Positions 30,209 to 40,966 of a stretch of DNA of 64,000 nucleotides are shown piece after piece. The notes below the pieces were generated by a model. It searched no databases, was not told the origin of the DNA, and saw only the letters and a program-made list of their open reading frames with translations. Source of the stretch: Candidatus Latescibacterota bacterium (GTDB lineage: Bacteria > Latescibacterota > UBA2968 > UBA8231). The position numbers and the translations under genes are program-made. Where the stretch lies: NCBI GenBank assembly GCA_965223905.1, contig CBDCXV010000001.1, positions 1,024,001 through 1,088,000 on the forward strand, read 5' to 3'. Positions within the stretch are counted from its first letter, which is position 1, and each line of letters starts with the position of its first letter.

Positions 30209-31501
30209 TCAATTTGCCGCCGGGCACCTTGCAGGCAGAGGACCGGCGATCGCCCTCTCCAACGCAGCCTCGGCAGCGCGGTACGCGAACAGGACCTCGG
30301 CGTATTCCACACGTGTCTCGATCCAGGTGCGCTGGGCTTCCAACAGCTCCAGGTAGGAGGATTTGCCTTCCTCGTAGCTGCGGCCGGCCACCTCGAAGGA
30401 CCGCTCTGCTCCGGGCAGGATCCGGTCTTGGAACAGGGCCACCTGCTCCCCGGCGGTAACGAGATCGAGATAGGCCCGTTTCGTTTCGAAAAGGATCTGG
30501 TAGCGCATCGCCTCCCGTTCGGCCTCGACCCGGGCCGCTTCAGCCTTGGCTTCGGCTCGTTCGCCGCGCTGCCGGGAAAAGGCCCACAGGGGCACCTCCA
30601 TGGCGAAACGCAAACGCCAGGATTTCTCCTCGTGGCCTCCGTGACGCTGTTGGCGAGCCAGGCCAACAAGGAGATCCGGCAAGTAGGCGGCCGTTGACGC
30701 GGCCTGCCGGTTCTTCAGGGCTTGCAGCTGCAGCGCGATACCGGACAGGTCTGGGCGTTGCCGCAGGGCGGCTCCGGTCAATTGGTCGAGGTCTGCCCCG
30801 AAGGGCTGATAGAACAGACTGTCCGATATCGAAAACCGGGTCTGCAGCGGGCGCGCAAGGAGTGCATTGAGCTCGGTCTTTGCCACGGCCAGGTCGTTTT
30901 TCGCCGCGGTCAGGCGATTGGTGGCCCGTCCGACCTCGACCCTGGCCCGCATGACGTCCAACTGGGGCACATCCCCCGCTTCGAAACGGATATTGGCCTG
31001 GCGCAGAATGTCCCGGGCCAGTTCGAGGTCCTGGTGTGCATGCCGGAGCAGCGACCTTTTCAGGGCGATCCGGTCGTAGGTCCTCTTTGCCCGCATGCCC
31101 ATGTCGAGCCTGGCCATCTCGAAGAGGGCGAGACGGGCCGCTTCCCCCTGCCGGCGGCCGGCCTGGAAGCGATGCCACCACTTGAGAGGAAATTCAATTC
31201 GCTGGATGCCTCCGATCGAGCGTTCTCCGAAATTGCCCGGATTCCCCAGGTCGGGCACCTCTTCGAACTCCACTTCGAGCTCCGGGTCCGGGAGGGCTCC
31301 GTAAAGGCGCCCACGGGCGCGGGCGCCCTCCCAGGCATTGCGGGCGGCTTCCACTTCCGGGCTGCGCTCGACGACCATGCGCACGGCGTCGCTCCGCGAC
31401 AGGACTTCGGCATGCAGGTGAACCTGAGGAATCAGCCCTTCCGAGAGGAGAAGCACCAGGACCAGGGGGAGATACCTGACAGGTGACTCAGCTGATATCA
31501 T
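30209..31501 (-). CDS. czcC: CzcC/TolC-family outer membrane efflux protein
   Basis: Likely start ATG 31501. LPDPEL, RFEAGDVPQLDVMRARVE, QRPDL, YEEGKSSYLELLEAQR. Confidence 0.85.
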   Translation of the reverse strand: MISAESPVRYLPLVLVLLLSEGLIPQVHLHAEVLSRSDAVRMVVERSPEVEAARNAWEGARARGRLYGALPDPELEVEFEEVPDLGNPGNFGERSIGGIQRIEFPLKWWHRFQAGRRQGEAARLALFEMARLDMGMRAKRTYDRIALKRSLLRHAHQDLELARDILRQANIRFEAGDVPQLDVMRARVEVGRATNRLTAAKNDLAVAKTELNALLARPLQTRFSISDSLFYQPFGADLDQLTGAALRQRPDLSGIALQLQALKNRQAASTAAYLPDLLVGLARQQRHGGHEEKSWRLRFAMEVPLWAFSRQRGERAEAKAEAARVEAEREAMRYQILFETKRAYLDLVTAGEQVALFQDRILPGAERSFEVAGRSYEEGKSSYLELLEAQRTWIETRVEYAEVLFAYRAAEAALERAIAGPLPARCPAAN

Positions 31502-31593
31502 GGATGCTCCCAAAACAAGCAGGGGCTTCTGGTTCCGGGTCATCTTCCAGGCCTGGCGAAAAGGCAGACCTGAAATGGCGACCCCCTCTGCTG

Positions 31594-33003
31594 TCAGCGT
31601 TTCCCGGGGGCCAGATGCGGGCTCTGGCCGCCGAACAGCTCGGCCGCTTCCATCAGGGTTTCCGAAAGGGTGGGATGCGGGTGAATGGAGTGGCTCAGAT
31701 CGCTGGCCAGGGCCGCCATCTCGACGGCGAGAACCCCCTCGGCGATCAGCTCCCCGGCGCCGGCGCCGGCTACCCCGACGCCGAGCACCCGGCCGCTGGG
31801 CTTGCCGAGGATCAGCTTGGTGAGACCGTCGTTGCGATCCTGGGTGGTGGCGCGGCCGGAAGCTCCCCACGGGAATCGGGTGATCTCGACGTCGAGGCCA
31901 TCGGCCTTGGCCTCCTCCTCGGTCACCCCGCACCAGGCGACTTCGGGATCGGTGTACACGATGTTGGGAATGGCGTTCGGCTCGAAGGCGACGCGGTGAC
32001 CGGCAATGACCTCGGCGGCCACCGCTCCTTCGTGGCTGGCGCTGTGGGCGAGCCCGGATCCGGTGACGTCGCCGATCGCGAAGATCGACGGCTCGCCGGT
32101 GCGGCGCTGGTGATCGACCTCGACGCAGCCGCGGCCGTCGACCTTCACCCGGGTGTTCTCCAGCCCGAGGCCGTCCGAGTTGGGGGTGCGCCCGACGGCG
32201 ACCAGGAGCTTGTCGTAGCTCTCTTCGAATGGCTCGCCTTCCCGGGGCTGAAAGGCGACGCTCAGGGCATCCCCCTCGGCACGCACCGAGCTTACCGTGG
32301 TATCGACCAGAATTCGTTCGCACAGCTCTTCCAGGCGGTCGTGCAGCGGCTTGACGAGGTCGCGGTCCGCCGGGGGCACCAGCCCGGGCATCATTTCAAC
32401 CACGGAGACCGCGGACCCGAGCGAAGCGTACACCGAGCCCAGCTCCACCCCGATGGCCCCGCCGCCGACGACCAGCAGCCGCCCCGGGATTTCCGCGAGT
32501 TCGAGGGCGCTGGTCGAGTCCATGACGCGGTCGCCGCCCACGTCGAAAACCGGGAGGGTCGACGGGCGCGAACCGGTGGCGACAATGGCGTTTTCGAAAT
32601 GAAGCTGCAGGCCGTCTTCACCGTCGGCATCTACGGAAAGAGTCCGACCGTCGACGAAGCGGGCCCGGCCGCGGATGAAGTTCACCTTGCGCGCCCTGAC
32701 GAGCTGGCCGAGTCCGCCGGCCATCCTGGCGACGACGCGGTCCTTGAAGGCGTTGAGCCGTTTCAGGTCGATCTCCGGTTCGCCGAACTTAATCCCCCAT
32801 GCCTCTGCCCCCCTGGCCTCGTTCAGCAGCTTGCAGACGTGCAGCAGGGCCTTGGACGGAATGCAGCCCCGGTAGAGGCAGACGCCCCCAGGCTTCGGGT
32901 CCGGGTCGATCAGGGTGACGTCCAGTCCGAGGTCGGCGGCCTTGAAGGCGGCGACGTAGCCTCCGGGGCCGGCGCCGATTACGGCGAGCTGCGTTCTCGT
33001 CAC
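31594..33003 (-). CDS. lpdA: Dihydrolipoamide dehydrogenase (E3)
   Basis: GAGPGGY, GGVCLYRGCIPSK, GGGAIGVE, HPHPTLSE. Confidence 0.95.
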   Translation of the reverse strand: MTRTQLAVIGAGPGGYVAAFKAADLGLDVTLIDPDPKPGGVCLYRGCIPSKALLHVCKLLNEARGAEAWGIKFGEPEIDLKRLNAFKDRVVARMAGGLGQLVRARKVNFIRGRARFVDGRTLSVDADGEDGLQLHFENAIVATGSRPSTLPVFDVGGDRVMDSTSALELAEIPGRLLVVGGGAIGVELGSVYASLGSAVSVVEMMPGLVPPADRDLVKPLHDRLEELCERILVDTTVSSVRAEGDALSVAFQPREGEPFEESYDKLLVAVGRTPNSDGLGLENTRVKVDGRGCVEVDHQRRTGEPSIFAIGDVTGSGLAHSASHEGAVAAEVIAGHRVAFEPNAIPNIVYTDPEVAWCGVTEEEAKADGLDVEITRFPWGASGRATTQDRNDGLTKLILGKPSGRVLGVGVAGAGAGELIAEGVLAVEMAALASDLSHSIHPHPTLSETLMEAAELFGGQSPHLAPGKR

Positions 33004-33019
33004 GGCAGGGACCGGGGGA

Positions 33020-34639
33020 CTACCCCTCGAGGGCGAGCAGAAAGGGGTTCTCGAGAGCGTCGCAGAACCAGCGCAGAAAGCGGGCTCCGTCGGCGCCGTC
33101 GATCAGGCGGTGGTCGTAGGACAGGGCCAGGGGCATCATCAGGCGAGGCGCGAATTCGCCGTCGACCAGCACCGGCTCCGGAGCGCTGCGGGCGATTCCC
33201 AGAATCGCCACCTCGGGGGCGTTGACGAGCGGGGTGAACGCAGTGCCGCCGATCCCCCCGAGGTTGCTGATCGTGAAGGTGCCGCCCTGCATCTCTTCGA
33301 TGCCGAGCTTGGCGGTACGCGCCCTTGCGGAAATCTCGGTCAGCTCGACAGACAGCTGCCGGATATTCTTGCGGTCGACATCGCGTACGACCGGCACCAG
33401 CAGCCCGCGTTCGGTATCCACGGCGACGCCGATGTTGATGTACTTCTTGTAGATCACTTCCTCGCTGCCGACGTCGATGCTGGCGTTGAAGGCCGGGAAC
33501 CTCGACAACGCCGCGGCCGCCACCTTCATGGCGATCGCCGTCGGCGTCAGCTTGCCGCCTGCCGCCTCGACCCCCTTGCCGTATTTCCTGCGCCAGGCCT
33601 CGAGGTCGGTGACGTCCGCCTTGTCGAACTGCGTGACGTGGGGGATGGTCCCCCAGGCGCTCGCCATGTGGCGGGCGGTGGCGCGGCGCACGTTGCTCAT
33701 CGGCTTGCGCTCGACGCCGCCCCACTTCGAGAAATCGGGAAGGGGAGCCGCCTCGGCTTGCCCGGCCGCGGCCGCGGGGGTGGCGGAGCGACGGCTGTTG
33801 AGGGCGCGCGCATGTGCCTTTACGTCGTCTGCGGAGATGCGGTCCCCGGGTCCCGTGCCCCGGACCTCGGCGATGTCGATCCCTATTTCCCGGGCCAGCC
33901 GGCGCACGGACGGGGCCGCGGGCACCAGCTTCGTGGGCGCCGGTGTATCGGTCCCGGTCGGCGCCGCGGGTGCGGGAGCAGGAGCGGGGGCCGGCGGCTC
34001 CTCCTCTGCCGGGGGGGAGGGAGCCGGTGCCGCAGGCGCGGCTTCCGGCGCGGAAGTGCGGCTTTCGACGGTGAGGACCAACTGCCCGACCGCAGCCTTG
34101 TCCCCTTCGCTCACGTGGACTGCGGTGACCTTGCCGGCGAGGGGGGAAGGCATCTCCACGACACCCTTGTCGATCTCGATCTCCAGCACCGGATCGTCGA
34201 TGGCGATGTCGCTGCCTGCCGAAACGAGCACGGCGACGATGTCCCCGCTCTCGATCCCCTCACCGAGCGCCGGCAGGGTTACCTCGACCGGGCGCGAAGC
34301 CGGCGCTTCCCCGCCAGCCGGGGCCGGTGGCTGTGCTGCCGGCGGGGCCGGAGATTCGGCCTTTCGCACCTCCGTTTCAGGCTCCTGCGCGCCGCCGCCG
34401 GATTGCCTTTCGACCGTCAGAATGACCTGGCCCACCGCCGCGGTATCCCCCTCGGACACCATGATCTCGGCAATGGTACCCCTTACAGAGGAGGGGACCT
34501 CTATGACCGCCTTGTCGGTCTCGAGCTCGATGACCGGCTGGTCCTCCTCGAGGGAGTCGCCGACGGAAACGAGGACATTGATTACCTCTCCCGCTTCGAT
34601 GTTTTCCCCGAGGTCGGGGAGCTTGAATTCGGTCGGCAT
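33020..34639 (-). CDS. aceF: Dihydrolipoamide acetyltransferase (PDH E2), two lipoyl domains
   Basis: ETDKA and EIDKG lipoyl motifs, APSVRRLARE, GGTFTISNLG, YDHRLIDGA. Confidence 0.93.
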   Translation of the reverse strand: MPTEFKLPDLGENIEAGEVINVLVSVGDSLEEDQPVIELETDKAVIEVPSSVRGTIAEIMVSEGDTAAVGQVILTVERQSGGGAQEPETEVRKAESPAPPAAQPPAPAGGEAPASRPVEVTLPALGEGIESGDIVAVLVSAGSDIAIDDPVLEIEIDKGVVEMPSPLAGKVTAVHVSEGDKAAVGQLVLTVESRTSAPEAAPAAPAPSPPAEEEPPAPAPAPAPAAPTGTDTPAPTKLVPAAPSVRRLAREIGIDIAEVRGTGPGDRISADDVKAHARALNSRRSATPAAAAGQAEAAPLPDFSKWGGVERKPMSNVRRATARHMASAWGTIPHVTQFDKADVTDLEAWRRKYGKGVEAAGGKLTPTAIAMKVAAAALSRFPAFNASIDVGSEEVIYKKYINIGVAVDTERGLLVPVVRDVDRKNIRQLSVELTEISARARTAKLGIEEMQGGTFTISNLGGIGGTAFTPLVNAPEVAILGIARSAPEPVLVDGEFAPRLMMPLALSYDHRLIDGADGARFLRWFCDALENPFLLALEG

Positions 34640-34643
34640 CAGC

Positions 34644-37307
34644 TCACACGGTTACCGGGTTCGGTTTTTCCGGATCGATGCCGAGGTCCTTCATCGCCCT
34701 GGCAACCTCAAGCGCCTCGATCTCGCCCTCGTCGGCCAGGGCCTTCAGGGCCGACAGGACGATGTAGCGGGCGTCGACTTCGAAGAAGTCGCGCAGGGCC
34801 TGACGCCCCTCGCTGCGTCCGAAGCCGTCGGTGCCGAGCGAGACCGGCGGCCTCGGGAACCAGCGAGCGATCGATTCCGGCAGCGCCTTCACGTAGTCGG
34901 AGGCGAGGACGAACACCCCCTGTTCTCCCTCCAGGGCCTGTCTGACGTACGGGCAGCGCGGCTTTTCGGTGGGATGCATGCGATTCCACCGCTCCACCTC
35001 CAGGCCGTCGGTGTGAAGCTGCTTGAAGCTCGTGATGCTCCAGACGTCGGCGGCGACGCCGTACTTTTCTTCCAGTATCACCCCGGCTTCCAGCGCCATG
35101 TTGACGATCGCCCCGCTGGCGAGCAGGTGCGCCTTCTTCCTCGCCCCTTTCGCCGACGACTCCCGGAACTTGTACATGCCGCGAAGGATTCCGTCTTCGC
35201 AGCCGTCCGGCATCGGCGGCATCACGTAGGGCTCGTTCTCGACGGTCAGGTAGTAGAAGATGCTCTCCTGTTCTTCGTACATGCGGCGGATGCCCTCGCG
35301 GATCACCACCTCGAGCTCGTACCCGAAGGCGGCGTCGTAGCTGAGCAGATTCGGGACCGGATAGGATAGGAGCAGGCTGTTGCCGTCGCAGTGCTGCAGG
35401 CCTTCGCCGCTGAGGGTCGTGCGCCCGGCGGTGCCGCCGATCAGGAAACCGCGGCAGCGCATGTCCCCCGCCAGCCACACGAGGTCGCCGATGCGCTGGA
35501 GTCCGAACATCGAGTAGTAGATGAAGAACGGGATGGTGTTGATGCCGTGGGTCGAGTAGGCGGTACCGGCGGCGATGAAGGAGGAAATCGACCCCGCCTC
35601 GGTGATACCCTCCTCCAGCACCTGTCCGTCGGTGGCCTCCTTGTAATATGAAAGAGTATCGCGGTCCACCGGTTCGTACAGCTGTCCGACGTGCGAGTAG
35701 ATGCCGAACGGTCTGAACAGGGAGTCGAGGCCGAAGGTGCGCGCTTCATCGGGGATGATCGGGACGATCAGCCTGCCGATTTCCTTGTCGCGCATCAGCT
35801 TGGTGAGGATGCGCCCGAAGGCCATGGTGGTGGCGGTCTCGCGGCCCCCGCTGCCGTCCTTGAACTCCTGGAAGAACTGCGGCGGCGGCGTGGCCAGCGG
35901 CTCCGCCCTGACGGCGCGCCGCGGAAGCTGCCCCCCGAGCGCCTGGCGGCGCTCCCGCAGGTAGACGATCTCCGGGCTGTCGTCGGGAGGCCGGTAAAAC
36001 GGCGCCTCGGCGACCTCGTCGTCGGAGATAGGGATGCCGAAACGGGAGCGGAAATGCCGCAGCTCGTCCTCGTTGAGCTTCTTCTGCTGGTGGGTGATGT
36101 TCTTGCCTTCTCCCGCTTCGCCGAGGCCGTACCCCTTCACGGTCTTGGCGAGAATGACCGTGGGCGATCCGGTGTGCTCGACCGCGGCCTTGTAGGCGGC
36201 GTACACCTTTTCGGGGTCGTGGCCGCCCCGGCGCATGCGCACCAGCTGCTCGTCGGAGTGGTTCTCGACCATCTCCAGCAGGCGCGGGTGGACCCCGAAG
36301 AAGTGCTCGCGGATGAAGGAGCCGTCGGAAACCGTGTATTTCTGGTACTCGCCGTCGACGACCTCCCCCATGCGGGCGATCAGGGCCGGGTCGTCCTGCT
36401 CTAGCAGGGGATCCCAGTCGTCCCCCCAAATAACCTTGATGGCGTTCCAACCGGCCCCGCGGAACGCCGCTTCCAGCTCCTGGATGATCTTGCCGTTGCC
36501 CCGGACCGGACCGTCGAGCCGTTGCAGGTTGCAGTTGATCACCCAGATCAGGTTGTCGAGCTGTTCTCTCGAAGCCAGCGTGATGGCGCCGAGACATTCC
36601 GGCTCGTCGGTTTCCCCATCCCCGAGGAACGCCCACACCTTCGACTCGCGGGTGCTGGCCAGGCCGCGGTCCTGGAGGTACTTGTTGAAACGCGCCTGGT
36701 AGATCGACAGGATGGGGCCGAGGCCCATCGATACGGTCGGGAACTGCCAGAATTCCGGCATCAGCCAGGGGTGCGGGTAGGAGGACAGCCCGCCTCCGTC
36801 GCGCAGCTCGCGCCGGAAGTTTTCGAGGTGGCGCTCGCTCAGGCGGCCTTCGAGGAAGGCGCGGGCGTAGATCCCGGGGGTTGCATGCCCCTGGAAGTAA
36901 ACCTGGTCGCCGGAGAACCCCGGCCTGGGGGCGCGGAAAAAGTGGTTGAAGCCGACTTCGTAGAGGGTGGCGGCGGAGGCGTAGGTCGAGATATGACCGC
37001 CGGGTGCCGCCTTGTCGCGGTTGGCGCGCACGACCATCGCCATGGCGTTCCAGCGGATCAGGCTTTTCAGCCGCCGCTCGATCTCCCGGCTTCCCGGATA
37101 GTTCGGCTGCCTGGACCGGGGGATGGTGTTGACGTAGGGGGTGTTGGCAGTAAACGGAATTCCGGTACTCTCGGCCTTCGCCAGCAGCCTGTTCAGCAGC
37201 GCCTGGACCTCCTCGGGGCTGTACGTCGCCAGCACGTAGTCGAGCGATTCCAGCCACTCCTGCTGCTCGACTTCGAATCCCTCTCTGTATTCCTCTGCCT
37301 GGATCAT
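34644..37307 (-). CDS. aceE: Pyruvate dehydrogenase E1, homodimeric type
   Basis: Likely start ATG 37307. TPYVNTI, GGHIS, SSYPHPWLMP, GDGETDEPE, NCNLQRLDGPV, PDEARTFG, LGTDGFGRS. Confidence 0.95.
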   Translation of the reverse strand: MIQAEEYREGFEVEQQEWLESLDYVLATYSPEEVQALLNRLLAKAESTGIPFTANTPYVNTIPRSRQPNYPGSREIERRLKSLIRWNAMAMVVRANRDKAAPGGHISTYASAATLYEVGFNHFFRAPRPGFSGDQVYFQGHATPGIYARAFLEGRLSERHLENFRRELRDGGGLSSYPHPWLMPEFWQFPTVSMGLGPILSIYQARFNKYLQDRGLASTRESKVWAFLGDGETDEPECLGAITLASREQLDNLIWVINCNLQRLDGPVRGNGKIIQELEAAFRGAGWNAIKVIWGDDWDPLLEQDDPALIARMGEVVDGEYQKYTVSDGSFIREHFFGVHPRLLEMVENHSDEQLVRMRRGGHDPEKVYAAYKAAVEHTGSPTVILAKTVKGYGLGEAGEGKNITHQQKKLNEDELRHFRSRFGIPISDDEVAEAPFYRPPDDSPEIVYLRERRQALGGQLPRRAVRAEPLATPPPQFFQEFKDGSGGRETATTMAFGRILTKLMRDKEIGRLIVPIIPDEARTFGLDSLFRPFGIYSHVGQLYEPVDRDTLSYYKEATDGQVLEEGITEAGSISSFIAAGTAYSTHGINTIPFFIYYSMFGLQRIGDLVWLAGDMRCRGFLIGGTAGRTTLSGEGLQHCDGNSLLLSYPVPNLLSYDAAFGYELEVVIREGIRRMYEEQESIFYYLTVENEPYVMPPMPDGCEDGILRGMYKFRESSAKGARKKAHLLASGAIVNMALEAGVILEEKYGVAADVWSITSFKQLHTDGLEVERWNRMHPTEKPRCPYVRQALEGEQGVFVLASDYVKALPESIARWFPRPPVSLGTDGFGRSEGRQALRDFFEVDARYIVLSALKALADEGEIEALEVARAMKDLGIDPEKPNPVTV

Positions 37308-37523
37308 CTCGAGGTTCACCTGGGCGGCGCAACCGATGGGTACGGTGGCCTGGCGCGACGCGTTTCCGCGCGCCACCGGGCCAGCCGGGAGCCTCTGCAT
37401 GGCTCGTGAGAACCACAGAATTTACGCGAATTCGGGATTACAACCAGTTGCGATTGCCCGGCTTACTGCCGAAAGCGACCTTCAAAAGGACAGCTCGACG
37501 CTCAACTTTAAGCTGCCATCGCA

Positions 37524-39302
37524 ATGCGACGACGACGCGATCCGATCATCTGGCCATGCCTGATCCTCTCCTTTCTGCTGCACCTGGTGGCGCTGAACTA
37601 CATCGCCTTGTCCTGGCGCGAGGCGGAAGAGGCCAAGGCGTTCAGGGCGAGGATCGCCAACATTCCTGCGAGGCGCTTCGAGCCCCAACGGATGCGCGTT
37701 CCGGAACCGAAACGGCTGCCCGAGTCGAGGATGGAATACCTGCGCCGGGAAGCCGAGCCGGAGGCTATGGCGGAGGAGGTCACCCGCACAGAGCTCGTGC
37801 CGCTGGCCCCGGAGGCGCCCGAAGTCGACATCGCCCTGCGGGAGATCGGTACCGGAGCGCCGCCCGAAACCCTCGCATTCGCCGAGGAGCGCATGCTTTC
37901 GCCTCACGAGTACGGCTGGGCTGACACGGCCGGGCGCAGCGAGGCTTTCGATCTGCTGCGTATGGAGGATCTCGCCCGGGCCGGGAAGGTTCCGGCCACC
38001 ATCATTCCCGACCTCCACAGCCGCAGGGACGCCAGGGGGTACATCAACATCCCGCGGCTGCAGCTGTACGGGGCCGGGGCCCGCGGCTTCGCTCTCGATG
38101 CCCTGGCTCGCTATACCCGCGACCGCACGAACATCCTCGTTCAGGTCGACAAGCACTGGCACAGCTATTTCGACTCGGAATCCCTCCTCGACGACCCGAT
38201 TCACTTCCTGTTCGAAGGTCTGGGAAACCCGGTAACCACTTCCGACTACCGGGTCCGCTTCGACGGCCAGGAGAAAGAGCTGCTCGCCAAGTACATGCGC
38301 GGCGGCGGGCTGCTTTATATCGAGGGCGGCTATCGCTTTCTGTCGGAAATGGCCGACACCCTGAAATCGGTCCTGGCCGGCGAGGGCGGCCTCGGCCCGG
38401 TCGGCGTCGAACACGACCTGTATCACTCTTTCTTCGACTTCGAAACCGGTTTCCCCGGGGAAGAGGCCAAGGACAGGTTGGTCGAGGCTTCTGAGGGATC
38501 GTGGTATTACCCCGGCGCGGCGCGAGGCGATGTGATGCCACCCGATATCCTGGAATCCGCTCTGCTCTCCGAGGTCGAAACCGCTCCCGGGCTGCCCACG
38601 CTAGGGCTCTGGGGGGTTCAGCTCGACGGACGTCTCGTTGCCATCCTCAGCGACATAGGCTTGGGGGAAAAGTGGGGCGGGATGTTCCAACTCCAGGAGG
38701 AGGAGGGGGAGGAACAGGACGACAGCGGGCCCTACCTCGAAGCAGGCATGAACATCCTGATGTACGTCCTGAGCCGCGAGGACGGCCTCACGCCGGTGCG
38801 CCCCCGCCCCGCCTGGGAAATCACTCGCCCGCGGATAGCCCCGCAGGAGGAAGCCCCGCTGGAGGTTGTCAGCCGGCTGGCCGCGGAGGAGACCGCCAGC
38901 CTCGACCAGCTGGCCGACCTCGACGGCTCCCTCGCCCTGCTGCAGTCGCCGCTGGGGGCTGCCGTCGCCGCTGGGGGTTTTGTCATCCGGCTCGGTGGAC
39001 GCTACACCATCTCCCTTCTGCGGGGGGGGGGAATCAACGGGATTCTCCTGCACAACGTCCCGGCAGGCAGCCACTGGGTCGAGATCGAGTACGGGGGGAA
39101 GGAGCGGGAAATAGAGGTGGCCGTCGAAGGGGGGCGGGTGACGACGGTGACCTTCGGCATCAGCCGGCTGGCCTTCGTCAGGCGCCTGCGGCTGAAGGAG
39201 CAGCCGGACCGCGTGCCGTTGATGGACTGGATGCTCGGTTTTTCCGACCTGGAAATCGAGGAGATGTTCCTCGCCGAAGACCGGGACAGCCTGCGCGACT
39301 GA
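37524..39302 (+). CDS. Membrane-anchored DUF4159-like domain protein
   Basis: N-terminal TM (ILSFLLHL); LLAKYMRGGGLLYIEG, HDLYHSFFDF, GVQLDGRLVAI, GMNILMYVL. Confidence 0.65.
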   Translation: MRRRRDPIIWPCLILSFLLHLVALNYIALSWREAEEAKAFRARIANIPARRFEPQRMRVPEPKRLPESRMEYLRREAEPEAMAEEVTRTELVPLAPEAPEVDIALREIGTGAPPETLAFAEERMLSPHEYGWADTAGRSEAFDLLRMEDLARAGKVPATIIPDLHSRRDARGYINIPRLQLYGAGARGFALDALARYTRDRTNILVQVDKHWHSYFDSESLLDDPIHFLFEGLGNPVTTSDYRVRFDGQEKELLAKYMRGGGLLYIEGGYRFLSEMADTLKSVLAGEGGLGPVGVEHDLYHSFFDFETGFPGEEAKDRLVEASEGSWYYPGAARGDVMPPDILESALLSEVETAPGLPTLGLWGVQLDGRLVAILSDIGLGEKWGGMFQLQEEEGEEQDDSGPYLEAGMNILMYVLSREDGLTPVRPRPAWEITRPRIAPQEEAPLEVVSRLAAEETASLDQLADLDGSLALLQSPLGAAVAAGGFVIRLGGRYTISLLRGGGINGILLHNVPAGSHWVEIEYGGKEREIEVAVEGGRVTTVTFGISRLAFVRRLRLKEQPDRVPLMDWMLGFSDLEIEEMFLAEDRDSLRD

Positions 39303-39326
39303 CCGGCGCAGGCCATGTCGTCAGGA

Positions 39327-40781
39327 CTACCTGTAGCGGGTAATCCTGCCCTCCTGCAGACGTTGCCAGTAATCCTGGAGACAGGCCTTGATTTGCGGAC
39401 TCAGGAGCACGCCGCCGAGGATGTTGGGGAAGGCCATGCCGAGGATCATCATGTCGGTGAATCCAATGATGTTGTCGAGAGCCGTCACGCTGCCGAGGAA
39501 GACGAAAAAAACGAAAATGAAGCGGAAGAGGATAACGGTGGCGGGGCCGAAGAGATACTCCCAGGCGCGTTCGCCGTAATACGACCAGGAGATCATCGTC
39601 GAGTAGGCAAACAGGGTGACGGCCAGGGCCAGAACGTAGCGCGCCCCGGGGATGAAGGACTCGAAGGCCGCCGCGGTCATGCGCGCCCCGACGATGGAGC
39701 CGCCGGAGGACTGGAACTGCGGATCCTGGTAGACGCCGGTCAGCAGGCAGACCAGCGCCGTCATCATGCAGATGACGATGGTGTCGATGAAGGGGCCGAT
39801 CATGGCGACGATCCCCTCCCGCGCCGCTTCGTTCGTCTTGGCAGCCGCGTGCGCGAAGGCCGCGGACCCGAGTCCGGCTTCGTTGGAGAAGGCCGCACGG
39901 CGAATGCCCCAGACCAGGGTGTAGATGAAGCCGCCGCCGACCGCACGCCCGGTGAAGGCGTCTTCGACGATCAGGGCGATCAGGCCCGGCAGCTCGCCGA
40001 TGTGGGCGAGGATGATGAACAGGGAAACGGCGACGTACAACAGGCACATGAACGGCACGATCCGCGAGGTGACGCGGCCGATGCGGCGGATGCCGCCGAT
40101 GATGACGAGGCCGACGAGGAGAGCCATGAGGAGGCCGACCGCCCAGTTGAATTCGCGAAACCCCGGGTGCACGGTTCCGAGCACCTCAAGCGTTTGGTTC
40201 GCCTGGAACATGTTGCCGCCTCCCAGGCTGCCGCCGATGGTCAGCACGGCGAAAAACACCGCCAGGGTACGTCCAAACTCCGGCCAGCCCTTGGCGCCGA
40301 GGCCCTGCTCCAGGTAGTACATCGGACCGCCGGCGATGCGGCCGTCGGGGCGGATGCGACGGTACATCACCGCCAAGGTGCAGGAGGCGAGCTTCGAGGC
40401 CATGCCGAAGAGGGCGGTGATCACCATCCAGAAAACGGCCCCCGGGCCGCCGACGCTGACGGCGATGGCCACTCCGGCGATGTTGCCGAGGCCGATCGTC
40501 GCCGACAGGGCGCTGGTCAGGGCCTGAAAGTGGGATATCTCCCCCGGGTCGGAGGGGTCGTCGTAGCGGCCGCGAATGACGTCGATGGAGTGGCGAAAGG
40601 CACGGATCGTCAGCCAGGAGAAGTAGAAGCTGTAGTAGATGCCGCCGAGTAGCAGGACGGCGACGATAAGGGGCAGGCCGCTGCCGAAATCGGCGAACAG
40701 AAAGAGGTCGAGGACCTCGACGATGCTGCCGAACAGGGCGTCGATGGCGGCGAGCTGCTCCTGAATCCAGGCGTTACTCAT
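39327..40781 (-). CDS. Alanine/glycine:cation symporter (AGCS)
   Basis: ALSATIGLGNIAGVA, GGPGAVFWM, GGPMYY, FSNEAGLGS, GPFIDTIVIC, WSYYGE. Confidence 0.94.
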   Translation of the reverse strand: MSNAWIQEQLAAIDALFGSIVEVLDLFLFADFGSGLPLIVAVLLLGGIYYSFYFSWLTIRAFRHSIDVIRGRYDDPSDPGEISHFQALTSALSATIGLGNIAGVAIAVSVGGPGAVFWMVITALFGMASKLASCTLAVMYRRIRPDGRIAGGPMYYLEQGLGAKGWPEFGRTLAVFFAVLTIGGSLGGGNMFQANQTLEVLGTVHPGFREFNWAVGLLMALLVGLVIIGGIRRIGRVTSRIVPFMCLLYVAVSLFIILAHIGELPGLIALIVEDAFTGRAVGGGFIYTLVWGIRRAAFSNEAGLGSAAFAHAAAKTNEAAREGIVAMIGPFIDTIVICMMTALVCLLTGVYQDPQFQSSGGSIVGARMTAAAFESFIPGARYVLALAVTLFAYSTMISWSYYGERAWEYLFGPATVILFRFIFVFFVFLGSVTALDNIIGFTDMMILGMAFPNILGGVLLSPQIKACLQDYWQRLQEGRITRYR

Positions 40782-40966
40782 GGTCCAACCTTAACCATGG
40801 ACGAAGCTGATCACAAATCGGGGTATATCTCCGGGAATAGCAGGCCAGGGGGAGGGCGCCTGCAACCCGGTTGGCACGTTGAAAGGCACTGCCCTGCTCC
40901 GGCTGACCCTGGCTCCCGGTATGACTGCCAACGAGCTCCGGGGCCGGGAGAGGCAAGGCATCCACC

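Noticed and set aside
40782-40966. Glycine riboswitch upstream of the AGCS symporter
   Set aside because: Conserved GGAGA/CCGAAG/CUCUCAGG elements were not found in order.
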